Source: an uncultured Candidatus Binatia bacterium
GTDB lineage: Bacteria; Desulfobacterota; Binatia; UBA9968; JAJDTQ01
Direction: 5' to 3'
DNA: 64,000 nucleotides
Assembly: GCA_965215605.1 (NCBI GenBank)
Contig: OZ244070.1
Location: 544,001-608,000, forward strand
Below the pieces are notes generated by a model, which worked only from the letters and a program-made list of their open reading frames with translations, did not search any database and was not told the origin of the DNA. Every line of letters starts with the position of its first letter. Within the stretch, counting starts at the first letter, position 1. Shown here piece by piece: positions 28,955 to 37,672 of the stretch. Position numbers and translations under genes: made by a program.

Positions 28955-30493
28955 GTGAAATTCAATGGATGCATTCGTGGAAGCTTGTCGAAGCGGACAG
29001 GGGCACTGGCGGCAGGTGCGGCGCTCCTTCTCGGTTTGCTCGCCTGCGGCTCCGCCTGGGCCGCCTCCAAGGACAAGGTGGTGATCTACCACGCGGGCGG
29101 CATTGATTCGCTCCACCCGTACAACCACAGTCTGAGCCCGGCCTACGGCATCTGGGAACACATCCTGGAGCCGCTGGTGCAGGTGGACCAGAAGGCCAAC
29201 CAGTACGTCCCGAAGCTCGCCGAGTCCTGGGAATTCAAGGGCAAGGAGTGGGTCTTCAAGCTGAAGAAAGGCATCAAGTTCCACGACGGCTCGCCCTTGA
29301 CCGCGCACGACGTGGAGTTTTCTTTCAACCGCATCAAGACGGACAAGAAGAGCCTGCAGCGGCGGCAACTGAGAGAGTTGACAGAGATGCGCGTGGTCGA
29401 CGACCACACCATCGTCCTGGTGACCAAGACGCCCAATGTCGTGTTCCTCGACAAGCTTCAGAGCCGCTTCATCATGAGCAAGACCGCCGCGGAGAAGGCC
29501 GGCAAGGACATGGACAAGCACCCCATCGGCACCGGACCCTACAAGTTCAAGAGTTTCAAGCGCGACGGCGACCTGGTGATGGAGCGCAACGACGACTACT
29601 GGGGCTCCCCCAAGCCGCAGGTCAAGACCATGGTGTGGCGCAAGGTGACGGAGGAGGCGGCCCGGGTCGCGGCCCTCGAGTCCGGGCAGGTGGATGTCAT
29701 CAACGCCGTCCCGCCCCACGAGGTGGCGCGGCTGGAGAAGAATCCCAGGATCACGATCAAGTCCGTTCCCGGATCGCGCATCTACTTCCTCGCCATCAAC
29801 CCGGGGTTCAAGCCTTGGGACAACAAGCTCGTGCGGCAGGCGGCCAACTATTCCATAGACGCCGACTCCATCGTCAAGAACATCTTTGACGGCCTCGGTT
29901 TCGTGGTGGAAGGCGCCGGCGCGAAAACGTACATCGGCCACGACCCCAACGCCAAGCGGTATCCCTACGACCCGGCAAAGTCGCGGGAGTTGCTGGCCAA
30001 GGCGGGCTACCCGGACGGCGTCTCGGTGAAGCTCTACTACTCGCAGGGCCGCTACCCCAAGGACAGCGAAGTGCTCCAGGCCATCGCCGCCCAGATGAAG
30101 AAGGGCGGATTCAACGTCGAGCTCATCTCCCAGGAGTGGGTGGTGTTCTGGGGCAGGTCCGGGGTCAACGGGGGCAAGATGCCCTTCTACTACATTGGCC
30201 GGGGCAGCGTCATCGACGTCCACACGCATGTCGAGCAATACTTCAAGACCGGCGCAAGCCCACGAATCGACTACAGCAACCCCGAACTCGACAAGCTGAT
30301 CGAAGCGGAGATGGCGGAAGCCGATCCCGAGAAGCGCGCCAGGATCCTGCACCAGATGGGCCGTATCCTGAAAGAAGATTCCCCGTGGGTGCCGCTGTGG
30401 AACCTGGCGGACATTTACGGATTCGCCAGCAACATCGAGTGGGATCCGCGGTCCGACGAGAGAATCCGTACCTGGGAGATGGCGATCAAGTAG
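28955..30493 (+). CDS. ABC transporter substrate-binding protein, family 5 (tandem paralog)
   Basis: GTG start after AGGGGGA; same 1539-nt length as the preceding SBP with long identical peptide stretches. Confidence 0.92.
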   Translation: MKFNGCIRGSLSKRTGALAAGAALLLGLLACGSAWAASKDKVVIYHAGGIDSLHPYNHSLSPAYGIWEHILEPLVQVDQKANQYVPKLAESWEFKGKEWVFKLKKGIKFHDGSPLTAHDVEFSFNRIKTDKKSLQRRQLRELTEMRVVDDHTIVLVTKTPNVVFLDKLQSRFIMSKTAAEKAGKDMDKHPIGTGPYKFKSFKRDGDLVMERNDDYWGSPKPQVKTMVWRKVTEEAARVAALESGQVDVINAVPPHEVARLEKNPRITIKSVPGSRIYFLAINPGFKPWDNKLVRQAANYSIDADSIVKNIFDGLGFVVEGAGAKTYIGHDPNAKRYPYDPAKSRELLAKAGYPDGVSVKLYYSQGRYPKDSEVLQAIAAQMKKGGFNVELISQEWVVFWGRSGVNGGKMPFYYIGRGSVIDVHTHVEQYFKTGASPRIDYSNPELDKLIEAEMAEADPEKRARILHQMGRILKEDSPWVPLWNLADIYGFASNIEWDPRSDERIRTWEMAIK

Positions 30494-30552
30494 CAGCCGG
30501 ATGCGTCGTCGCCCCCGCGGGCGCCCGACAGCCTTGTGATGGAGGTGCAAGA

Positions 30553-31641
30553 ATGAAGGCCGCGGTGCTGCTGGAGCAGAACACCCCTCTGGTGGTGGAG
30601 GACGTGGATATCGAGGGTCCCAAGGCGCAGGAGGTGCAGGTCCGCATCGGCGCCACCGGCATCTGCCACAGCGACCTGCACAACATCAAGGGCGAGTGGG
30701 ACAACCAGACCCCGGTGATTCTCGGCCACGAGGGCGCCGGCGTGGTGGAGGCCGTGGGCGACGGCGTCGACCACGTCAAGCCGGGCGACAACGTCATCCT
30801 TTCCTTCCGGGCCAACTGCGGCCGTTGCGAGAACTGCGCGCGCGGCATCCCGGTCCTCTGCAACGGCCACCACTCCCCCCGCCAGATGATGCACGACGGC
30901 ACCGCGCGGGTGAGCCTCAAGGGACAGCCGCTGTTCATTTCGGCGCGGCTCGGCACCTGGGCCGAGCAGGTGGTGTGTCCCGCGGAACAGGCCGTTCCGG
31001 TCCCCGGCGACGTTCCGCCCGAGGTGGCCGCCCTCATCGGCTGCTGCGTCACCACCGGCGTGTGCTCCGTCACCAACGCCGCCCGGGTGGAAGCCGGGGA
31101 CACCGTGGCCGTCATCGGCTGCGGCGGCGTGGGCCTCAACTGCATCCAGGGCGCCCGGCTGGTGGGCGCCAGCACCATCATCGCCATCGACATCCTCGAC
31201 GGAAAGCTGGAGTACGCCCAGGAGTTCGGCGCCACCCACAAGATCAACAGCTCGCGCGAGGACGCGGCCAAGCGCGTCCGCGAGATCACCGGCGGCGGCG
31301 TGGACTACGTCTTCGAGGCCATCGGCCTCGGCCCCACCGTGGAGCAGGCACTGGAGTGCGCTCGGGCGGGCGGCACCGTGGTGGTGGTGGGGATGGCTCC
31401 CCTGGACCACACGGCGTCCATCAACCCCTTGCGTTTCGTGAGGGAGCAGAAGACCCTTACCGGCACGGGCTACGGCAACGCCCGCCAACTCATCGACATC
31501 CCCAGGATGGTCGAGCACTACAAGGCCGGCCGGCTGGACCTGGATCGGCTGGTGTCACACCGCTACAAGATCGAGGAGATCAACGAGGGGGTCGAGCGGC
31601 TGAGGCAGGGGGAGGCGGCCCGAGGCGTGGTGGTATTCTGA
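30553..31641 (+). CDS. Zn-dependent alcohol dehydrogenase (class III/AdhC-like MDR)
   Basis: GICHSD, GHEGAGVV, structural Zn CGRCENC..C, GCCVTTG, GCGGVG; GGAGG RBS before ATG 30553. Confidence 0.92.
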   Translation: MKAAVLLEQNTPLVVEDVDIEGPKAQEVQVRIGATGICHSDLHNIKGEWDNQTPVILGHEGAGVVEAVGDGVDHVKPGDNVILSFRANCGRCENCARGIPVLCNGHHSPRQMMHDGTARVSLKGQPLFISARLGTWAEQVVCPAEQAVPVPGDVPPEVAALIGCCVTTGVCSVTNAARVEAGDTVAVIGCGGVGLNCIQGARLVGASTIIAIDILDGKLEYAQEFGATHKINSSREDAAKRVREITGGGVDYVFEAIGLGPTVEQALECARAGGTVVVVGMAPLDHTASINPLRFVREQKTLTGTGYGNARQLIDIPRMVEHYKAGRLDLDRLVSHRYKIEEINEGVERLRQGEAARGVVVF

Positions 31642-31671
31642 GTCATGCGCCACGCCCGTCGCGATTGAGCC

Positions 31672-32517
31672 ATGCCCATCGCCAACGTCAGCGGCCTGAA
31701 TTTCCACTACGAACTGCACGGCAGCGGCGAGCCGCTGGTGCTGGTGAGCGGCACCGGCATGTCCGGCGACCACTGGAATATCTTCCAGGTGCCCGGACTG
31801 GAGCAGCACTACCGGGTGCTGGCCTGGGACCACCGAGGCACGGGACGGAGCGACAAGCCCGACGTCCACTACTCCACCCGGATGTTCGCCGACGACTGCG
31901 TCAACCTGATGGAGGCGCTGGGAATCGGCCGCGCCCACTTCATGGGCCACTCCATGGGCGGCCGCGTGTGCCAGTGGATCGCCATCGACCATCCCGAGGC
32001 GGTCCACAGCCTCATCCTTTCGGGCTCCGGACCCGGCACTTCCTACGACGGCCAGTACTATGAGCGCGGCGTCCCCTACCCCACGGCCGTGGAGATGGCC
32101 GAGAAAGGCCATACGCAATACATGGAAGACCACTTCGGCGGCAGCTTCATGTTCCCGCCCGAGTTCGTCCGTGACCACCCGGACAAGGTGCAACGGTTCC
32201 GGGAGGTCAACATGACCTACTTCACCCCGCTGCGGCCCTACCTCCGGCACGTCGTGGCCCGCCAGGAACACGAGACCCGCCACCTGCTGGACCGCATCCA
32301 ATGCCCCACGCTGGTCATCTGCGGCGCGGGCGATACCGTGGACGCGGCCACCGGCAGCCACGTGGAGTCATCGAAGGTGCTGGCCGAGGGCATCGCCGGC
32401 GCCGAGCTCAAGCTGGTGGAAGGCGGCAACCACGGCTACCTGCGCCAAATGCCGGATGTGGCCAACGGCCACTTCCTGGAATTCCTGAAGCGGCATCCCA
32501 TGGACAAGGGAGAATAG
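31672..32517 (+). CDS. Alpha/beta fold hydrolase (enol-lactonase/PcaD-like)
   Basis: GSGEPLVLV, DHRGTGRS, nucleophile GHSMGG, PTLVICGAGD, GGNHG. Confidence 0.88.
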   Translation: MPIANVSGLNFHYELHGSGEPLVLVSGTGMSGDHWNIFQVPGLEQHYRVLAWDHRGTGRSDKPDVHYSTRMFADDCVNLMEALGIGRAHFMGHSMGGRVCQWIAIDHPEAVHSLILSGSGPGTSYDGQYYERGVPYPTAVEMAEKGHTQYMEDHFGGSFMFPPEFVRDHPDKVQRFREVNMTYFTPLRPYLRHVVARQEHETRHLLDRIQCPTLVICGAGDTVDAATGSHVESSKVLAEGIAGAELKLVEGGNHGYLRQMPDVANGHFLEFLKRHPMDKGE

Positions 32518-32555
32518 CCGAAGAACCAAGGACCTGAACGGAAAGGAGTTGTGAT

Positions 32556-34097
32556 ATGAGCGACGGAAGAAAACGGATCAGCCGGCGGGACGTGCTCAAG
32601 GGCGGCGCGGCCCTGGGGGCCGCGGCCCTGATAAATCCCTCGCTGGGACAGTTCGCGTACGCGGCGTCCAAGGACCGCGTGATCGTGTACAACGCCAGCA
32701 ACATGGACAACCTTCACCCCTACGACCACAGCAGCGGCGCCATATACGGCCAGTGGCAGCACATGCTGGAGCCGCTGGTGGAGTTCGACTATTCACAGGC
32801 CAAGTTCGTCGGACGGCTGGCGGAGTCGTGGGAGTTCCGGGGCAAGGAGTGGGAGTTCAAGCTGCGCAAGGGCGTCAAGTTCCACGATGGCAGCCCCCTC
32901 ACCTCCGCGGACGTGGCGTTCTCCATCGACCGGATGAAGAACGACAAGCGGAGCCTGCAGCGGCGCTCGTTCCGCAACGTCCAGGAGGTGCAGACGCCGG
33001 ACGAGCACACGGTCGTCGTCATCACCAAGAAACCTTCGGTCACCTTCCTTTCCCGGGGCGTCCGCAACCGCTTCATCATGAGCAAGACCGTGGCGGACAA
33101 GTACGGCAAGGACGTGGACAAGCACCCCACCGGCACGGGCCCCTACAAGTTCGTCAGCTTCAAGCGTGACGGGGACCTGGTGCTGACGCGGAACGACGAC
33201 TACTGGGGCGAGAAGCCGGCCATCAAGGAGCTGGTGTGGCGCAAGGTGGTGGAGGTCAACTCCCGCATGGCCGGACTCCAGGCAGGGCAGTGCGACGTCA
33301 TGGACCGGGTGCCGGTGCACGAGGTGGAGCGGATCAACCGCCACTCCCGGGTCTCGGTGCGCAGCGTACCGGGCCTGCGGATCTATTTCTTCGCGTTGAA
33401 CGTCAACTTCAAGCCCTGGGACAACAAGCTCGTGCGCCAGGCCGCCAACTACTGTGTGGACGCGGACGCCATCGTCAAGAACATCTTCGGCGGCAACGGC
33501 GAGGTGCTTCAGGGACCCGTGGGACCCCGCGTATACGGGTACAACCCCGACCTCAAGCGCTACCCCTATGACCCCAGGAAGGCAAAGGAGCTGCTGGCCA
33601 AGGCCGGATATCCCGACGGCGTGGACGTGAAGCTGCACTACTCGCCGGGCAAGTACGCGAAGGACACCGAGTTGGTGCAGGTGGTGGCCAGCCAGATGTC
33701 CAAGGGCGGCTTCCGGGTGGAGATCGTGCCGCAGGAATGGGTGGTCTTCTGGGGCCGCGATGGCGTCAACGGCGGCAAGAGCCCCTTCTACTACATCGGC
33801 AGGGGCAGCGTGCTGGACACCGACACGCCGCTGTACCAGTACTTCCGCACCGGCGGCTCCAAGCGCACCAACTTCAGCAACGCCGAATTCGACGCGCTGG
33901 TGGATGCGGAGCAGGCCGAGCCGGACGACGCCAAGCGGTTGAAGATCCTCCAGAAGATGAACGCGGTCATCATGGAGGAAGCCCCGATGATCCCGTTGTA
34001 CCAGCTCTTGGACCACTACGGAGCGGCCCGCAACCTCGTGTGGACGCCGCGTCCGGACGAGAAGATCCTGCTGGAGGACATGGACGTCAAGGTCTGA
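32556..34097 (+). CDS. ABC transporter substrate-binding protein, family 5, Tat-exported
   Basis: Twin-arginine SRRDVLK signal; mature part paralogous to the two upstream SBPs (KPWDNKLVRQAANY, QEWVVFWG, GVNGGK). Confidence 0.92.
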   Translation: MSDGRKRISRRDVLKGGAALGAAALINPSLGQFAYAASKDRVIVYNASNMDNLHPYDHSSGAIYGQWQHMLEPLVEFDYSQAKFVGRLAESWEFRGKEWEFKLRKGVKFHDGSPLTSADVAFSIDRMKNDKRSLQRRSFRNVQEVQTPDEHTVVVITKKPSVTFLSRGVRNRFIMSKTVADKYGKDVDKHPTGTGPYKFVSFKRDGDLVLTRNDDYWGEKPAIKELVWRKVVEVNSRMAGLQAGQCDVMDRVPVHEVERINRHSRVSVRSVPGLRIYFFALNVNFKPWDNKLVRQAANYCVDADAIVKNIFGGNGEVLQGPVGPRVYGYNPDLKRYPYDPRKAKELLAKAGYPDGVDVKLHYSPGKYAKDTELVQVVASQMSKGGFRVEIVPQEWVVFWGRDGVNGGKSPFYYIGRGSVLDTDTPLYQYFRTGGSKRTNFSNAEFDALVDAEQAEPDDAKRLKILQKMNAVIMEEAPMIPLYQLLDHYGAARNLVWTPRPDEKILLEDMDVKV

Positions 34098-34120
34098 TCG
34101 CCCATCTTCAGCGACCTGAA

Positions 34121-34160
34121 AACAGCCGCGTCGGAGATCCGGCGCGGCTGTTCCTTTTTC
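34121..34160. terminator. Rho-independent terminator between convergent genes
   Basis: AACAGCCGCGTCGG-AGAT-CCGGCGCGGCTGTT followed by CCTTTTT, with an A-run upstream; possibly bidirectional. Confidence 0.8.
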
Positions 34161-34177
34161 CGGCGGAAACGAAACCC

Positions 34178-35848
34178 TCAGGCTTCGTAAACCACCTCTC
34201 CTCCCACAAGGGTCCGCTCCACCGGGATGTTGCGGATCTCCCACGGGTCCACCGTCAGGGGGTTGTCCCCCAGCACCACCAGGTCGGCCAGCTTGCCCAC
34301 GGTGATGGAGCCCTTGATGCCTTCCTCGAAGGCCGCGTAGGCGGCGTTGATGGTGTAGGCGCGGAGACCCTCCATGGGAGTGATGCGCTCGTTCTCGCCC
34401 AGCACCACGCCCGCCCGGGTCTTGCGGTTCACCGCGCACCAGATGCCGAAGAGCGGATCGGTGGCGAAAAGCGGGTCCTTGGGCAGCGCGATGGGGGTAT
34501 CGGAATGGGCCACCGTGACCACGCCCAGATCGATGGCGGTGCGCATGGGGTCCAGCCGCTGCGCCCGCTCCATGCCGAGAAAATCATGGATGTGGCGGTC
34601 GCCCCAGTACCAGAGATGGTGCGGGTAGAACGACGCGATGACACCCAGGCGGCTCATGCGCTGCAGCGCCTCACGTGTGACCCCCTGGCAGTGCTCGATG
34701 CGGTGGCGCGGGTCGGGACGGGGGGCCTCGTTCATGGCGTTCTCCACCGCGTCCAGGGCCACGTCCACGCCGCGGTCGCCCTGGGCGTGGATGGCCACCT
34801 GGTAGCCCTTGCCGTGGGCCTCCCGCACCAGCTTCTTCTGGTCCTCGGGCGCGTACTGGAGCACGCCGCGCGGATCCTTGGTGGGATCGTCGGTGTCGCT
34901 GGTGATGTAGGGGTCGTAGAAGGCGCAGGTGTGCACCTGGATGGAGCCGTCGCTGCAGGTCTTGACCGCGCCCAACCGGAGCCAGTCCGAGCCGAAGCCC
35001 GTGCGGAGCCCCAGGTCCCTCTCCAGATAGAAGCGCTTGTAGGGCAGGTCGTGGATCATCAGGTAGACCCGCACCTTGAGCCGTCCCTCATCGATGGTCT
35101 CCTGGTAGGCCCGGTAGTAGTCGGGCGTGTCGCCGGTGCCGGCGTCGTGGGTGGAGGTGATGCCCACCGAGTTGTACTCGCGGCCCGCCAGTTCCACGCC
35201 GTCCTTGAGCTGTCGTAGCGTGGGATGCGGCACCAGGTTGTTCACCGGCCGGGCCGCGGCCTTCTCCCGCAGCACCCCGGTGAGCTTGCCCGTGCGCGGG
35301 TCCCGGTCCATGTGGCCGCCCTCGGGCTGGGGCGTGTCGTCGTCGATGCCGGCGAGCTTCAGCGCCGCGCTGTTGGCCATCCACACGTGGGACGAACGGT
35401 AGGTCATGACCAGCGGGTTGTCCGGGGCCGCGCTGTCCAGTTCGGCGAGCGTGGGCCAGCGCTTCTCGGCGACGGCAGTATGTTCGTAGCCCTGGGCCTC
35501 GATCCACTCCCCCTTGGGGGTCGTGGCGGCGCGCTCGCGGATGCGCGCGAGGACGTCTTCGATGGAGTTGTTGGGCGGGGTGCGCACGTTCACCATCCCC
35601 AGGCGGATGCCGAAGGACATGAAGTGGGTGTGGGGCTCGATGAACCCGGGCAGCACGGTCTTGCGGCCGCAGTCGATGACCCGCGTGTTCCGGCCGGCGC
35701 ACTGCCGCGCCTCGTCGTTGCTTCCCACGTACAGGATGCGGTCGCCCTTGAGGGCTACCGCCTCGGCCGTGGGATTCGCGTCATCCATCGTGATGACGGT
35801 GCCGTTGACGAGGATCGTATCCGCGTAGAGACTCTCCGGCAGCGCCAT
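34178..35848 (-). CDS. Amidohydrolase family 3 (YtcJ-like)
   Basis: Start MALPESLY at 35848; PGFIEPHTH, KTCSDGS, HAQGDRG, RHRIEH, HSDTP, KGSITVGKLADL. The 1068-aa ORF-track entry is over-extended. Confidence 0.9.
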   Translation of the reverse strand: MALPESLYADTILVNGTVITMDDANPTAEAVALKGDRILYVGSNDEARQCAGRNTRVIDCGRKTVLPGFIEPHTHFMSFGIRLGMVNVRTPPNNSIEDVLARIRERAATTPKGEWIEAQGYEHTAVAEKRWPTLAELDSAAPDNPLVMTYRSSHVWMANSAALKLAGIDDDTPQPEGGHMDRDPRTGKLTGVLREKAAARPVNNLVPHPTLRQLKDGVELAGREYNSVGITSTHDAGTGDTPDYYRAYQETIDEGRLKVRVYLMIHDLPYKRFYLERDLGLRTGFGSDWLRLGAVKTCSDGSIQVHTCAFYDPYITSDTDDPTKDPRGVLQYAPEDQKKLVREAHGKGYQVAIHAQGDRGVDVALDAVENAMNEAPRPDPRHRIEHCQGVTREALQRMSRLGVIASFYPHHLWYWGDRHIHDFLGMERAQRLDPMRTAIDLGVVTVAHSDTPIALPKDPLFATDPLFGIWCAVNRKTRAGVVLGENERITPMEGLRAYTINAAYAAFEEGIKGSITVGKLADLVVLGDNPLTVDPWEIRNIPVERTLVGGEVVYEA

Positions 35849-35850
35849 CC

Positions 35851-37443
35851 CTACCCCTCCTTCTTTCCGGGACCGTAGACCACCCGGCCGGGCCGGGCGC
35901 CGGTATGGTCGCCGTTCTCGATGACCATCCGGCCGTTGACGAACACGTACTCGACGCCCTTGGGGTACTGCTTGGGGTCCTCGAAGGTGGCCTGGTCCGC
36001 CACCGTGTCGGGATCGAACACCACCACGTCGGCCCAATAGCCTTCCCGGAGCAGCCCCCGGTCCTTGAGGCCCAGCACCTGGGCCGGCAGCGAGGTCATC
36101 TTGCGCACCGCGTCGGGCAGGGCCAGCACCTTCTCGTCGCGCACGTAGCGGCCCAACACCCGCACGTTGGTGCCGAAGCTGCGCGGGTGCGGCATGCCGC
36201 GGGACTTGAGGTTGAGGGCGCTGCCGTCGGAGCCGATGGAGATCCAGGGCACCTGCATGACGTCCTGCACGTCCTGCTCCCGCAGGGTGTGGTGGATGCC
36301 GTGGATGAAGATGCCCTCGCCGTAGATCAGGTCGAAGCAGGTGCTGGCGGGGTCCTGGCCGCGTATCTCCGCGATCTGGGCGATGGTCTTCCCCTCCCAC
36401 GCGTGGTGCTCGGGCTTGTCCAGACGCGCCGCCACGATGCCCTCCCAGCCGCCGTGCTCGCTGACGTACTGGGTGAACTCGGGATCGTCCATGACCCGCT
36501 GGCGGAACGACGGGCTCATGAACTCGCCGATGGTCTCCTGCACCGGCGCGTCCTGCACCCAGCGCGGGAACAGCCGCCGCCACGGATGCTGCATGGCGGT
36601 ATAGGGATACTGGTTGGCGGTGACGTCCAGGCCCTCCCGCCGGGCCTCCTCGATCTGTTCCACCACCTGCATCACCCGCCCCCAATTCTCCTTGGAACGC
36701 ATTTTCAGATGGTAGACGTGGATGGGGATGCCGGCTTCGCGTCCGACCTTCAAGGCCTTCTCCAACTCCTCCATGATGTCGAAGCCCTCGCTGCCCAGGT
36801 GCACGCCGTAGTAGCCGCCGTACTGCCGCACCACCCGGGCCATGGAGACCACCTCGTCCGGGTACTCCGGCCCCTTGGCGTGCCACGCGGCTGTCAGCCC
36901 CAAGGCCCCCTGCTCCATGGCCTGGGCCACGTAGCCGTTCATGCGCTCCTGCTCTTCCGCGCTGGCGGGGCGTTCCCCGAAGCCCACCACCACCCGCTTG
37001 ACCTGCTGCGGCGACACGCCCGAAGCCACGTTCATGGAGATGCCGCCGGCCGCGAGCCGGTCGAAGTACTCGCTGAACGTGCTCCAGTCCGCCTCGATGC
37101 CGTTCCGGTGGCGGTGCTCGGCCACGTATTCCTCGAACACCGGCCCCACCAGCGGCGCCACGGTCTGGCTCTCGCCGATGATGTCCAGGGTCACCCCCTG
37201 GCGGATCTTGCTCTCGCCGTTGCCGTCCGCGATCAGCGGCTGGTCGCTGTGGGTGTGCATGTCGATGTAGCCCGGAGTCACCATCTTGCCCCGGACGTCG
37301 ATGGAGCGCGCGCCCGAGCCTGGGTCCAGCCTGCCCATGGCCGCGATCCGGCCGTCCTTGATGGCCAGATCGCCGTAGTACCAAGGGTTGCCGGCGCCGT
37401 CGATGATGGCGCCGCCGTGAAGCACGGTATCGAAAATCGCCAT
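35851..37443 (-). CDS. N-acyl-D-amino-acid deacylase (D-aminoacylase) family
   Basis: PGYIDMHTHSD, KIRQGVT, AMEQGALG, HVYHLK, ANQYPYTA, GSDG, PHPRSFG, AVRKMTSLPA. Confidence 0.9.
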   Translation of the reverse strand: MAIFDTVLHGGAIIDGAGNPWYYGDLAIKDGRIAAMGRLDPGSGARSIDVRGKMVTPGYIDMHTHSDQPLIADGNGESKIRQGVTLDIIGESQTVAPLVGPVFEEYVAEHRHRNGIEADWSTFSEYFDRLAAGGISMNVASGVSPQQVKRVVVGFGERPASAEEQERMNGYVAQAMEQGALGLTAAWHAKGPEYPDEVVSMARVVRQYGGYYGVHLGSEGFDIMEELEKALKVGREAGIPIHVYHLKMRSKENWGRVMQVVEQIEEARREGLDVTANQYPYTAMQHPWRRLFPRWVQDAPVQETIGEFMSPSFRQRVMDDPEFTQYVSEHGGWEGIVAARLDKPEHHAWEGKTIAQIAEIRGQDPASTCFDLIYGEGIFIHGIHHTLREQDVQDVMQVPWISIGSDGSALNLKSRGMPHPRSFGTNVRVLGRYVRDEKVLALPDAVRKMTSLPAQVLGLKDRGLLREGYWADVVVFDPDTVADQATFEDPKQYPKGVEYVFVNGRMVIENGDHTGARPGRVVYGPGKKEG

Positions 37444-37567
37444 GATGAAGGTTCCTCTCTGTGCGGATGGATCCGGTGTGAATGAGCGTTCTGCGGTGCG
37501 CGCCTTATAGCATTCCTGCCATCGGGACACAACGTGGAGTGGGGTTGACTTTGTGCGGCCAATGTTG

Positions 37568-37585
37568 GGACACTAGTGTCCTGTC
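37568..37585. repeat. GGACACTAGTGTCC palindrome / CTAGTGTCCTGTC motif (copy B of the MITE-like end)
   Basis: 13 nt identical to 22983-22995; 14-bp palindrome centred on CTAG. Confidence 0.4.
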
Positions 37586-37672
37586 CGTTTCCCTGCCAAT
37601 CTCGCGCCCCGTGAGTCAATGCCAGCGCGAACCGGCGCATTGATGAGGCCCGCAACCAAAGGAGGTCCTACC

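Noticed and set aside
34178-37384. Apparent 1068-aa protein or frameshift fusion of two amidohydrolases
   Set aside because: Two complete separate genes (35851..37443 and 34178..35848), the second with its own GGAGGGG RBS; no slippery site is needed.
37602-37665. Canonical SAM-II/SAM-V or SAH riboswitch
   Set aside because: Conserved ligand-binding nucleotides are not present; kept only as an unclassified pseudoknot candidate.
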